In this document: positions 1 to 11,355 of the stretch, in pieces
How the letters are laid out: each line of letters starts with the position of its first letter
Numbering within the stretch: position 1 is the stretch's first letter
NCBI GenBank assembly: GCA_030704615.1
Contig: CM060732.1
Location: forward strand, 53,320,001 to 53,384,000
Reading direction: 5' to 3'
Length of the DNA stretch: 64,000 nucleotides
DNA from: Takakia lepidozioides
Taxonomy: Eukaryota > Plantae > Bryophyta
Program-made: the position numbers and the translations under genes
Notes under the pieces: generated by a model
The model's database searches: none
What the model was told of the DNA's origin: nothing
Seen by the model: only the letters and a program-made list of their open reading frames with translations

Positions 1-704
1 TGTGTGTTTATGCTGGGAGGCGAATACACCTCTGATACAGTGTCTGCCACAGGCACTTGAGAGTGGAGCGCTGCATCCCTTAGAGAACCCCCAGAACTTC
101 TAGAATGGTCAAACTGATGGTGAGAGTCCATAACCACGCCATCTGCAGATGCTCGTGATACACTCACCTGTTCTTTTACTCCATCTGCTCCTTGAGTCTC
201 CTCTGTCACCTCCATGACAGCTACAACAGATCCTCTAATCACCTACACTGAAGAGGCTGAGTTGACAGTTCGTGCCGGATCTATCCCTTGGCTGGTTAAA
301 GCCTATTCAATGCCTCCCAAGGGACTATGAATCTCACTGGCGAGGTCCTGTGGGGGGGAACGGCCTCGGGAACCCGTAGATAACCTGGGAATAGGTTGTA
401 ATGGCGAGAACGTTTTGGTGTTATTTATTTTTTTTTTTAAAGAAAAAGAAAAAGAAAAAGGTGTTATGTTTAAAGAGCCTGGCTGGTCATAACTTTGTCA
501 AATGGACTCTGTTTGACCCAGTTTTTGAGGGGATAGCTGCAGAAAGGGGAAATCTACCAATCTAGACCTGGTTTTTGTTTTTAGGACTCTGCTAAAAATC
601 TATGGAATTTTTAGAGTGTGAGTGTGCCATGAAAGATCCACAATTCTGTTTCTAGAACCTGTGCTGGTCTATATGAGAGACAAATTGGTGGATGTACTCC
701 TTGC

Positions 705-1454
705 ATGGCTGGGGGAAATGAGGACGTAATTGAAGGGCAGGTCTCTTCTCTTAGTCTGTGCACACAAGGGGTCAGGATTTATGTTTCCCAAGGAACTCAG
801 ACTGATTTGAGTGGAGAACAGTTGGACGAGTTGATTGCATACTGGGAGTCAGGCATTAGCAGTAGACAACAGACTGCTGTAGTTGGCATTGAGGGCCTCA
901 ATATCGCCTTGGACAGTCAGAACTCTGTTGGAGCCAGCAGTTCTGCAGCTGTAGGTGAAATACCAAAGTGGGTGAAAGCTAGGCTTGGAACACAGCCAAA
1001 GACAGCCCCGGGGACCAAGGTGTTTAGCCACAAGGCCGTGGTGTACTGGAGCAGAGGAGCAGGAGCTACACAGGTTTGTGCAATCAGACATGGTTGCAGC
1101 CGGATACGCTCTGCACAGGGCAACCACGAGCGGGGGTTCATCAGCAATGACATGTTTGTTGTGCGTGAAGGAGATGCAGTCATTCGCAATGAGGACACCC
1201 GCAACCGTCTCAAAGCTTTCGAGTTGAGAGACTATCAGACCCTACCTTTGTTTTCTTTAGTGTTCAGTGAGCGGGAGATAGGGGAGTATTGCTTTGTCTC
1301 TACCTGGCAGAAAGAGGAGGAGGGTTGGTTAGAGCGAGCTACTGTAGCTTGGGACAAGGTTAGTGGCAGGTTTTTGGACATAGATATACCTCCTACACCT
1401 TACCATCATGCAGAGCGAGGCACTTTGAGAGAAGTCTGGCAGTTGATAGCATAG
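705..1454 (+). CDS. Uninterrupted 249-aa ORF of unknown function upstream of gag; probably an accessory ORF of the Gypsy element
   Basis: ATG-to-TAG with no introns and globular-looking composition; same strand as gag-pol; no copy of the LTR (9544-9985) lies between it and gag. Confidence 0.5.
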   Translation: MAGGNEDVIEGQVSSLSLCTQGVRIYVSQGTQTDLSGEQLDELIAYWESGISSRQQTAVVGIEGLNIALDSQNSVGASSSAAVGEIPKWVKARLGTQPKTAPGTKVFSHKAVVYWSRGAGATQVCAIRHGCSRIRSAQGNHERGFISNDMFVVREGDAVIRNEDTRNRLKAFELRDYQTLPLFSLVFSEREIGEYCFVSTWQKEEEGWLERATVAWDKVSGRFLDIDIPPTPYHHAERGTLREVWQLIA

Positions 1455-1972
1455 ATCAGGATTAGATCTTGCTTGGTCGGGCTTCTATTCTTCCCCTCCA
1501 TCTCTGTACTATTTTCATTACCTTGTACTTGTAGTTGCCAAAGCCTCTCTTGGTGGAGGCCAGTCAGTCCGGGGTTTTGGGCTGGGATATTCTGCAGGAT
1601 CAGCATTGCAGCTGGATTTTGGTGTGGGGGTGTTGATGTTTTGATTTCTTGTGTTTGGATCCCCCCCAACACCTGCATGCTTGACTGTGCGCCATGTTGG
1701 TTTGTGTGGGCGCTTGCTTTCATAGGGATTAGGCCGGATTTGATCACCGGTCAATCCTAGAGTATGCTGTCGGTGGTGAGGCTGGAGTGATGACCAGCAA
1801 GACCACCAGTGTTTCTTCTATGGTGAGGCTGGGTTGATGACCAGCCAACCATAGGAGTTCTTGAGGTGGATGCAGGTGCAGGTGCCCTGAGCCATTGGGA
1901 TATGACCCTTAAACTGCAACAGGTGCCCACCCGTGTCACTATTAGATTAGTACTAGAGCCTTATAGTGTCAC

Positions 1973-3723
1973 GTGGAGGAGGTGCACATTGTGAGTGTCA
2001 TTACGGAGTTACCCAAGGGTTTTGAGGGGAGTACGGCTACAGGCAGTAACAGTGAGAGTGGGTTCACAAGACGAGGTATTCGGTTCAGACCACCTTCACC
2101 GCCACCCTCAATTACTGTAGAGTCAGACACAGACTCGGAGGCTTCATCAACAGGTGTGCACTTTCATTCGCCATTGTTGTGGGACGACATGGAGGAGATG
2201 TATGGAGCTACAAGGGGCCTCGTAGGTACTCTGGAGCTGTGGGCACAATCGAGTTGGATGACTTTATCCAGGAGTTCGACAGCTGGTGTGATTTGCAGCA
2301 GATGCGCAATCCACAGCTATTCACCCCATTCATGGCGTGGAAGGGACTGTTCCAGCATTTGGAAGGCCCGCCTATGGACGATTACCACGAGTTCAGGCGA
2401 GGACATGAAGCAGAGATTGAGGAGTGGAGGATGTATTGGTCACCTGACTACGTCTCCATTACTCGAGGCACGACGCGACCAGTAGCTGCATCAGTACCAA
2501 TAGCTCCCACTGCCAGCACTAGTAGTGGAGCAAGTAGTGCTGGTACTTCTGTAGGTGGTACCAGTTCAAAAGGTGCTACTACTCCTCCTGCCACGACTAC
2601 AACACATGTGCCTAGATTCAACCCGGTGGTGGAGTTCTTCCAGGAGTTGCGGAGGAACTACCAAGGTGTACGGACAGAGAAGCTGCGAAGTTTGCAAGAC
2701 TTCCAACGCAAACCCAGTGAGAGCCTGCGAGAGGCGTACACTCGTATGAGGCGCTTGATAAGTGTGACCCAAGGGGTTACTGAAGCTCAGGCAATCCATT
2801 TTGGTATGGAATTCTGGACAAGGAGCTCAAGAGAAGGGTGCGAGATGCAACCTTGTTACAAGCAGCCCAACCCACATTAGCAGATGTGTTTCTGCTGGCT
2901 GAGCGGATTGAGCTCAACATGGTGGAGGAGCGAGTTGTTACCATTGGATTTGGCAAGGACATGCCTGCACGAGGCGCAGCTGTCAGCCCACAGGCACAAG
3001 GTACTGCCCAACAGCGTGGTCAGGGGGGCAAGGTTCCAACCCAAGTTCCATGGAGCTTACAGGGGACCTCAGGTGCAGAGGCCCGTGGCATCTTTTGCAG
3101 GCCAACAGCAACCAGGGGTGATATGTTGGACATGTGGAGGACCCCATGTCAAGAGAGATTGCCCAGAGAGTGGCAGAAGGCCGGCACAAGCACAGCCTGC
3201 ACAGTTGCAGTGTGGGCATTGTGGCAAGTATGGGCATGGAGATGCCCAGTGTTATGACTTGCATCCTGAGTTGCGCCCAGGCCAGTTCCAAGGGAACAAT
3301 GGTGGCCGGGGGCGAGGTGGACCAGCCCAGAGAGGACGAGGTGGTCGGGCACGAGGTGCAGGCCAAGGGCAAGCTCAACATGGCCAAGGACGCGGAGGTC
3401 AGGGTGTTGATCAAGGCATGGCCAACCGGCTTCAGCAGCTAGAGCAGAGGCTCGCTGCCATGGCTATAGCTCAGGCGGTACCGGCTCCCAGGCGGGATGG
3501 TCAGGGAGGAGATATGGGAGGCATGGGATTTATGTGCGGAGCAGCACTACCACTAGAGCAGGTGGAGTCTGCTGCAGCCGTGACTCGAGGAGCAACACGA
3601 GTTTCTGAGCCACGAGGTGCAGAGGTGGAATTGGATCCACAGCGTGGGGAGGCAAGCCGTCAGGCGAGGCTTCCTCAGTCATTCACATTGGCGGAGACTG
3701 TCGACGCCATCCATGGCACCTAG
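1973..3723 (+). pseudogene. gag: gag (frameshifted) with two zinc knuckles
   Basis: Capsid-like segment YSGAVGTIELDDFIQEFDSWCD...LQDFQRKPSESLREAYTRMRRL; knuckles CWTCGGPHVKRDC and CGHCGKYGHGDAQC; RGG-rich tail; frame changes near 2800 and 2950. Confidence 0.8.
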
Positions 3724-4169
3724 TTCTCGCCCGACTGTTACCGAGGCGGAGGTTACTATGCCATTGGGGAGAGCTACACGTGCAGCATTGACACCTGCTG
3801 CCAAGGCTAGTGCGGCCGGTGTGTTATTGGGGGCAGCCACCTCTGTGTGTCAGGCCCCACTGTTCTCGGCAACAATGATTGCGACGCCAGGGGTAAGGCC
3901 AGCTGCAGTGTTCAGACTAGCAGCAACACTCTGTGAGAGTGGGGAGGTCATTTCATCTTCTGCGGAGTTAGTGGAAGGTGTAGTGGCAGAGGGATCCTCG
4001 GATTTGAGGGTCAAGACTGCCACGGCTGCGCCCTGGCAAGCTGCAGCTGCCAGGTTGACGGAGCTGCCAGCTAGGCCAGCCTTTGAGCGCGCCATGGTGA
4101 CACCTGGAGTTGTCTTGTTAGACAACCAGGGAGGCATTTTCACTTTGAGTGGACCGGCAGGCAAGAAGT

Positions 4170-4480
4170 ACCGGCCACTGCGGGTCTTGTTGGACTCGGG
4201 AGCTCAGCCACTGATGTTGGGCAGAGCTGCTATTGCAGGTTTGGGCCTCATGGAGGCGGATATGGAGCCTTGCCCTTTCCAAATACAGACATCTCTGGGA
4301 GGATCAGAGCAGGCTCGGGGCATGACACGGCATCAGTTGGCCATTAGACTGCAGCCGGATCATCCTATCGATGGCTCAGTAATGCGAGCCAAGGCCATTG
4401 TGACAGACGCAATCTCTTACGATGTCCTCGTTGGTGGGGCAGTATTATACCCCATGGGCTTCACCCTGGACTTTTGGGAG
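4170..4480 (+). CDS. Retroviral-type aspartic protease domain of pol
   Basis: RVLLDSGAQPLMLG (D-S-G active site) and YDVLVGG in ORF 3617..5329. Confidence 0.8.
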
Positions 4481-4903
4481 GAGTCAGCATCCTACAGGCC
4501 TGGATGGCAGTCAGGGGATGGTCGCCGTGCACAGCTCCCTGTGACATTCATTGGGGGTATTGCGGCTGCCCAGCGGGGCAAGATGCCAACACTAGCCGCC
4601 TTTACAGCTGCAGTTAGTTGGCCTGGAGAGTTGCTGGAAGGCAATGCCCATGCAGAGGATGTGCCACCTCCAGCAGAGCAGGATGACATGCATGGTATGG
4701 CGGAGTTGTCTGCCATGGTTGCTCACACTCCATTGTGGGGTACGAGCAAGGATTTGCAGCAGGTTGCTGATCGACGGGTGCAACAAGCCTGGGTAGAGGC
4801 TTTTGTTCCGTCAGGAGAGGAGGAGAGTGCAGGTATTGCACCAAGACCACCTCAGTTGTCGCCATTGGACACCACACCTCTTGTGTGGCAGCGGCCGGAT
4901 GAA

Positions 4904-5850
4904 GGCATATGCCTTCTGGACTTGTTTGGCGGGATCAGCACTGGATTGGCTGCAGTGCTGCAGGCAGGTGTACGAGTTCAACGTTACCTGTATGTGGAGA
5001 GGGATGAGACTGCACGACGCGTCTCACTGCGCCATGTTGCTCAGATGGTGCAGCAGCACCCTGAGTTGTTGTCGGTGTCTGCAGTTCGTGGATATCAGCA
5101 GGCCTTGCCAGCAGACATTGCGTTGCTGGGGGCGCAGGATTTGGAGCGGGTTGGCTCCATTGATCTGGTAGTGGCAGGTTGGCCCTGCCAAGGGCATTCA
5201 TCAGCCGGGCATGGCAATGGATTGCGAGACTCGAGGACGGGCTGTTTTGGGAGATGGTGCGGATTTTGCGCCACTTGCAGCTTCATCAGGCTGTATCTCC
5301 GGCATACATCTTGGAGAATGTGCCACTGATGGGTGATTCTCGGGCCAGGGTGATGGCCAGTGTGCATCAAGTCCGGTCGTGGCTTGGGTCAGCAGTGTTG
5401 CTGGATGCAGCTGCAGTGGGGTCACGGGCTCATCGTCCACGGCTTGGTGGACTAACTTGATGCCACCCGCACTGCTCAAGCGTGCATTTGATGGGGTGCA
5501 GCGCCCAGCACACCTCACCGTGGATGGCATTTTGGACACAGGGAGGCAGTCTCAACGTGTGAGACATAATGACCGTTCGCCGTTGGCAGTGGTCAACAGG
5601 TGGGTCAACCACGAGCAGCATTACCTACATTGCTCAGCTTCCCAGGATCCCATGCTTTTCGGGATGGTGGACCTGGCCTCCTGTGGGATGCTCAGTTGCA
5701 GCAGTTAGTGGAGCCTAATGCCGACGAGCGAGAGCGGGCTATGGGGTTTTCCACTGGGACCACGGCGGTGCCTTCTCTTTCTGAGGCATCACGTCGTCAG
5801 GTGTTGGGGCAAGCAATGGATCTCAATTGCTTGACCTGGATTGTCAGCTT
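4904..5850 (+). CDS. C5-cytosine DNA methyltransferase domain (DNMT3-like motif pattern) embedded in pol, with three -1 frameshifts
   Basis: Motif I LLDLFGGI, II YVERD, IV IDLVVAGWPCQGHS, V GLFWEMVRIL, VI YILENV, VIII AHRPRL-WTNL, IX ERERAMGF, X RRQVLGQAMD, across ORFs 3617, 5179, 5379 and 5600. Confidence 0.9.
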
Positions 5851-6310
5851 GGCTATGGCTGAGCAACGTAGAGTGCGGAGTGCACTTCCCTTGACGGTCT
5901 CTCTGCCTACCGAGACGGTACAGGCAGCGAGTGGGGGCGAGCCGGTGAGGACCACGGAGTGTAGACATCCATGGCACACGTGGGAGGTGCTCGAGGTTCA
6001 GAGGGAGTTGGCAGCCGAAGGCAGCTGTGATGGATGAGGTTGGGGATTCTTCTCGGGATGAGGAGGTTCTCAATGATGAGATGATGGGGCAGGATGAGGC
6101 CTTGTCATTGACTGAGCAGGAAGGGAGTACTGCTCAAGAGGTTGCAGCATAGCAACCACGGGACGCGTCCTCTACCTCTAAGCCCACTGGACTTAAGGTT
6201 GCAGTTACGGAGGACAATTGGGAGCCTGACATTGGACCCATTGTCACGGAGGAGAGAGACGACGTATACGGCGGTTCCTGAGGGCTTACAGGAATTGCTT
6301 TGCCTTCAGT

Positions 6311-7822
6311 TTGAAGGACTTGGGAGCACTGAAGGGTCAAGAGATCCGTATTGAGTTGGCCACTGACACGCCAATCTTTCGGAGACCCTATAGATACAGT
6401 GACATGGAGAGGTCTTTGATTCAGATGAGGACTCAAGATCTCTGGGAGGCAGGTTTGGTGGAGCTCTCTGGTGGAGAGTATGCTTCAGCCACAGTGATGC
6501 CAGCTAAGAAGGATGTCTATGGCAATTGGACGGAGAGACGTATGTGCGGTGATTACCGGCCTGTAAATCGTCAGACCAAGTCCGATAGGTATGCCATGCC
6601 GACACCAGAGGAGATCTTTGATGCCATTGGGCATTCCAAGGTCTTTAGCACATTGGATTTACGATCCGGATATCACCAGTTGCCGATCAAGGAGGCGGAT
6701 AAGCAAAAGACGGCATTCTGGGGGATCAATGAGCACGGGAAGGATTGCCTATACCAGTGGCGGTTCTTACCATTTGGGCTTAAAAACGCTCCCGCTGAGT
6801 TTCAAAGAGTCATGGACAGGATTCTAGCAGGGGTGGAGTTTGCTCGGTGCTACATAGATGACATCATCATCTTTAGTGCTACGGTGGAGGAGCATGAGAG
6901 ACACCTTCAGGGGGTATTTGAGCGCTTGAGGGCGCACGGATTGAAGTTACATCCGGGAAAGTGCAAGTTTTTCCACAACCAGATTGAGTATCTGGGTCAC
7001 ATGATATATCCTGGAGGATTGGGGGTACAGCAGACTAAGGTAGAGTCCATTGCACAGGTTCCACGCCCCACGGATGTGAGCCGAGTTCGAGCTTTCATGG
7101 GGTTAGCAAACTATTACAGACGGTTTGTTAAGGGATTTAGTGCCATTGCAAAGGCTCTAACCAAGCTGACCAAGGTGGACCAGGAGTGGCAGTGGGAAGA
7201 TGAGCAAGAACAAGCTTTTCAAGAGCTCAAGGTGAGGTTGACCTCGGCGCCCATCTTGAGACGACCTATCAGGGGGCGTCCTTTTCAGCTGCATACAGAT
7301 TGGAGCATGCTGGGGCTTGGAGCGGTGCTCACACAGGTGGATGATGAGGGAAGAGAGTTCGTAGTGGCTTATGTTAGCCGCTCGAACAATGCTGCAGAGT
7401 CTAAGTATAGCTCATATGAGGGAGAATGCTTAGCTGCAGTGTGGGCCGTGGCACACTTCAGGTGCTATCTATACGGCAATCTCTTCACCCTTGTCACGGA
7501 TCACCAACCACTCAAGTGGTTGATGGAGTCAGACAAGCTTACGGGGAAGCTTGCACGGTCGGCACTCATCCTTCAAGAGTATGACTTTCAGGTGGTGCAT
7601 CGACCGGGTTTGGTCAATCGCAATGCAGATGGGTTGAGTCGCAATCCATGCACGAGCCAACAGGATGACACAGGAGCTCGGTGGCATGGTGAGACGGACG
7701 AGGAGATGGTGCCGGGATGGCATGCATCTGCATTTCTGTGTATCTTGGCAGCGGAAGGCCAGGTTGGACCTGCAACAGGGATGACTGTAGATCAAGTGTC
7801 TGAGGACCCTGAGGAGCAATGA
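6311..7822 (+). CDS. pol: Reverse transcriptase + RNase H (Gypsy pol)
   Basis: RMCGDYRPVN, LDLRSGYHQ, LPFGLKNAP, YIDD; RNase H LHTDWS, YSSYEGECLA, VTDHQPL, NADGLSR. Confidence 0.95.
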   Translation: MKDLGALKGQEIRIELATDTPIFRRPYRYSDMERSLIQMRTQDLWEAGLVELSGGEYASATVMPAKKDVYGNWTERRMCGDYRPVNRQTKSDRYAMPTPEEIFDAIGHSKVFSTLDLRSGYHQLPIKEADKQKTAFWGINEHGKDCLYQWRFLPFGLKNAPAEFQRVMDRILAGVEFARCYIDDIIIFSATVEEHERHLQGVFERLRAHGLKLHPGKCKFFHNQIEYLGHMIYPGGLGVQQTKVESIAQVPRPTDVSRVRAFMGLANYYRRFVKGFSAIAKALTKLTKVDQEWQWEDEQEQAFQELKVRLTSAPILRRPIRGRPFQLHTDWSMLGLGAVLTQVDDEGREFVVAYVSRSNNAAESKYSSYEGECLAAVWAVAHFRCYLYGNLFTLVTDHQPLKWLMESDKLTGKLARSALILQEYDFQVVHRPGLVNRNADGLSRNPCTSQQDDTGARWHGETDEEMVPGWHASAFLCILAAEGQVGPATGMTVDQVSEDPEEQ

Positions 7823-7859
7823 GCAAGGTGGCGCCAAAGATATACATGAGGATTCAGTT

Positions 7860-9041
7860 GTGTTGGACTACCTCCGCACTGGAGTCACGGCAGCCACTGT
7901 GACTACCAAGGAGAGGGATCGGATCCTACAACGAGCCAAGAGGTTCAAGTGGGAGGGGACACACCTGCTCCGAGTGTGGGAGGATGGTCGAGTGAGGATT
8001 GTGCCTCACCCAATACTGTGGGCACGGTTAGTGCGCCATGCCCATGAGGAGTTGGGGCATTTTGGGGTGCGACGCACTCATAGTCTACTGCAGGGGCAGT
8101 ATTGGTGGCGTGGTATGCACACAGAGGTGCAACAATTTGTGGCTAGGTGCATGGTGTATGACAGGGTGCGTGCTTCATTCAACGCCCCTACTCCACAATT
8201 GCACCCTCTTCCGATCATGGGATTGGGCTACAGGTGGAGTCTTGACTTCGCAGGGCCGTTGCCACTGACCATGCGCCACAACAAGTACGTGTTGGTGATG
8301 GTGGAGCACTTCTCCAAGTGGATCGAATTGGTTCCATTGCCTGATAAGGCTAGTGAGGGAGCTACGTATGCGTTCCTGGATTGTGTGCTTAGCCAATTCG
8401 GTGCTCCAGCTGAGGTACTCACGGACCAAGGGAGAGAGTTCTTGGGGGAGTTTCAGGCTTTGTGTGACAAGGCCTTGATAGACCACTGCACCATTTCTCG
8501 GGATCATCCTGAGGCCGATGGCTTGGCAGAGAGAGTTGTTCAGACAGTGAAGAGGGGTTTGCGCAAGTATGGCTTGCAGAAACGACACCTAGGAGATTGG
8601 GACCTTCAGTTACCCTGGTTAGCCATGGGCTACAGGTTCAGCAAGCAAGCATCACTTGCCTCCTTCTCACCATACTTTCTTCTCTTTGGCCGAGAGCCGG
8701 ATTTGCCTACATCCATTCGCAGAGAAGCTGCTACAGTTCTTAATCTTGACAATCCGGACGTGTGGGCACGTGCATGTGAGCAGCGTGCAGAGTTGTTCAA
8801 GAGAGTCATGCCCATGGCTTTCGAGAACCTTGCCATTGCACAACACCGTGATACGTTGAGGTATGCTACCATACGTGGTGGGGGCTATCGTCCTGGGGTT
8901 CGGAGATTCAACCCTGGTGACTATGTCTATCTGCAGCAGACTGCTCCTACAACCCTGGATGTGACTGCAGGACGTGTTATTTTAAGGGTTCGAGAGGTCT
9001 TGCCTCAGGCGTCTTGGTCTTGGAGGGTCGGGATGACATAA
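7860..9041 (+). CDS. Integrase (HHCC with one Cys replaced by Tyr; DDE core)
   Basis: HAHEELGHFG...RCMVYDR; WSLDFAGP, VLTDQGREF, DGLAERVVQTVK; GGGY...FNPGDYVYL GPY/F-like module. Confidence 0.92.
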   Translation: MLDYLRTGVTAATVTTKERDRILQRAKRFKWEGTHLLRVWEDGRVRIVPHPILWARLVRHAHEELGHFGVRRTHSLLQGQYWWRGMHTEVQQFVARCMVYDRVRASFNAPTPQLHPLPIMGLGYRWSLDFAGPLPLTMRHNKYVLVMVEHFSKWIELVPLPDKASEGATYAFLDCVLSQFGAPAEVLTDQGREFLGEFQALCDKALIDHCTISRDHPEADGLAERVVQTVKRGLRKYGLQKRHLGDWDLQLPWLAMGYRFSKQASLASFSPYFLLFGREPDLPTSIRREAATVLNLDNPDVWARACEQRAELFKRVMPMAFENLAIAQHRDTLRYATIRGGGYRPGVRRFNPGDYVYLQQTAPTTLDVTAGRVILRVREVLPQASWSWRVGMT

Positions 9042-9283
9042 CTTGGAAGGACCATGTGCGTAATTGTGCGCCATGTCACCTTCCGAATGTCGATGGCAGG
9101 ATTGACCCAAACCTGGCAGTGGTATCTGCAGGTTTGAGGTGCATGTTGTGTGGGTCTGCTAAAGGGGCAGCCACCATGCTGGTGTGCGATCGATGCTCTA
9201 AAGGCTGGCATATGGGATGCTTGACTCCACCTCTTGAGATGGTTCCAGATGGGGATTGGTTATGTCCACATTGCATTGGATAG
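9014..9283 (+). CDS. PHD finger at the integrase C-terminus (joined via a -1 frameshift near 9005)
   Basis: C4HC3 pattern CMLC...MLVCDRC...WHMGCLTPPL..VPDGDWLCPHC. Confidence 0.9.
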   Translation: MVLEGRDDITWKDHVRNCAPCHLPNVDGRIDPNLAVVSAGLRCMLCGSAKGAATMLVCDRCSKGWHMGCLTPPLEMVPDGDWLCPHCIG

Positions 9284-9543
9284 TGGGAGTGGATACAACC
9301 ATGGAAGGCTAACAAGCAACGCAAGGCCCAGCTACTAGGAGACCTTGAACACACGAGATCCTGGCTCAAGTTCACAGATTGCAAGACGGCGACTAACGAT
9401 GGGGCTACTCTTGTACCCGGCCCCTTGGTCTATAGAGTTTGAGTACAATAGGAACAGTGATAGAGGACTTAGTACGGCTGTGGCTATTACATCTTGTAGC
9501 TATCTGGAGGTAGAGGGACCTATCCACCAGCTAGGGGGGCGAT

Positions 9544-9985
9544 TGTGGTAGACTACTTTATTGTGCATATATGTGTGGTGTGGTTTGGACAGCGATGTAG
9601 TTGTGTAGCGATATGTATGCGCACGACAGCTGTCAAGTTAAATAAGCACAGTGTGAAAACAGCTAGAATAAAACTAGTTATTTGTATTTAACACTTGGAT
9701 TTAGGTCAAGTGTTAAATCAGGTGTCAAGTTTAGTTTGACACCTGATCCGTCTTATCTTCACGAGAGCGGCAGTCGCGCAGCTCATCTCTCTCGAGTTGA
9801 GCCTGCGCGACCGAGCTCCTGCATCGTTTAGGTTTGAGTGTGCTTATGTAGGGGTACAGGTTGTTGTGGGGTGGAGTCCCCATAGCTTGGGGTGCCCCTG
9901 GCTCGACTTCTGTTTCAATGAGTGATAGTGATGGATTTCATATTTCTTGTGTTGGGAGTGTGTGTCCTTCTTAGCTTGCTTATCA
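9544..9985 (+). repeat. Putative 3' LTR (TG...CA, about 442 bp) preceded by a polypurine tract
   Basis: Purine tract ending ...GGGGGGCGAT at about 9533-9543, then TGTGGTAGAC; ends TTATCA; first 85 bp repeated at 9987. Confidence 0.7.
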
Positions 9986-9986
9986 T

Positions 9987-10071
9987 TGTGGTAGACTACT
10001 TTATTGTGCATATATGTGTGGCGTGGTTTGGACAGCGATGTAGTTGTGTAGCGATATGTATGCGCACGACA
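9987..10071 (+). repeat. Second, truncated LTR start in tandem
   Basis: Near-identical direct copy of 9544-9628 (tgtggtagactacttta...gcgcacgaca). Confidence 0.85.
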
Positions 10072-10194
10072 TGTATACCAGCCAAAATGTCGACCAAATG
10101 TATCATCACTTGCTCATGTTTGTGTTCGGTGATTTGTTGGTGGAATGGAGAACAATTGTGTCATGCTTCCAACTCTGCATTCATTTTTATTTTA

Positions 10195-11355
10195 ATGCAG
10201 CGACCGGCATCACTGGCGGTCGCATTTCTTTTTTATTCTTTGTAAATACAGTGAACGCGATATAATAACGATCGTCTTTTGTTTCTTCGTAAAATTATTG
10301 GCGATTGCTTTAATTTCTATTTTTTCTGAAAATCCAGCGACCGCCAATAGTGGCGGTCGGTTGTTTTTTTAATTTTGGAAAACGGATCGACCGCCATATT
10401 TTGTGGTCGTTTTTTTAGGATTTTTAAATGGAGCGACCGCCAACGTAGCGGTCGCTTCTTCGAGGTGTGCCCTGCGCATGGAGCGAGGAGTGAGGCGGGG
10501 GGAGGGGGGCATATAAGCTCGGACTCATTCTCCCCTCACATCCATTATTGGCAGTCGCTTGAAGTTTTTTTTTGTTTTTAAATGGAGCGACCGCCAAGGT
10601 GGTCGTCGCTTCTACGAGGTCTGCTCTGCGCGTGGAGCGAGGAATGAGGCGGGGGGCATATAAGCTCCTAGTCATTCTCCCCTCACTTCCATTACTGGCA
10701 GTTTTTGTTTTTACAAAATGCAGCGACCGCCATTTCTGGCGGTCGTTTTTACTTTTTTTATTTTTGGAAATAGGGCGACCGCCATAACTGGCGGTCGTTT
10801 TTTTTTTTTTAAATGGAGCGACCGCGAAGGTGCCGGTCGCTTCTACGAGGTCTGTCATGCACGTGGAGCGAGGAATGAGGGGGGGGGGGGGTACATGGGG
10901 GTCGCTTTTATTTAAATTTGGTTGGAAATGGAGCGACCGCAATTACGGGCGGTCGCCGCAATTGTTTTGTTTCTGGCAAATCCAGCGAAATGAAGCGACC
11001 GCCATTACTGGTAGTCGCTTTTACTAAAACTTTGTTGGAAATGGAGCGACCGCCATGACTGGCGATCGCTTTTACTTTAACCTGTTTTGAAAATGATGCG
11101 ACCGCCATTACTGGCGGTCGCTATAATTATTTTAGTTTTATAAATAACGATTTTATTTCCATTTCTTTCGAAATGAAGCGACCACCATTACTGGCGGTCG
11201 CTTCACTTCTTAATGTGTCTGTAAATGTAGCGACCGCCTATGTTGGCGGTCGCTTATTTATTTTATTTTTGAAAAATGGAGCGACTGCCAGTTCTGGCGA
11301 TTGCAGTTTTTTTATTTTTCCGGAAAATGGAGCGACCGCCAAGTTGGCGGTCGCT
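10195..11355. repeat. Array of GCGACCGCC-N4-6-GGCGGTCGC palindromes with T-rich spacers (left subterminal-like array)
   Basis: Many copies, e.g. gcgaccgccattactggcggtcgc at about 11098. Confidence 0.9.

Larger units (their letters stand above)
705..9985 (+). mobile_element. Ty3/Gypsy LTR retrotransposon carrying a C5-DNA methyltransferase and a PHD finger (5' LTR outside the window)
   Basis: Order gag(2x CCHC)-protease-C5 MTase-RT-RNaseH-integrase-PHD-PPT-LTR; RT-RH-IN order is Gypsy-type; left boundary uncertain. Confidence 0.9.

Noticed and set aside
3617-3723. Programmed gag-pol frameshift
   Set aside because: No clear slippery heptamer; cannot be separated from the indel noise in this copy
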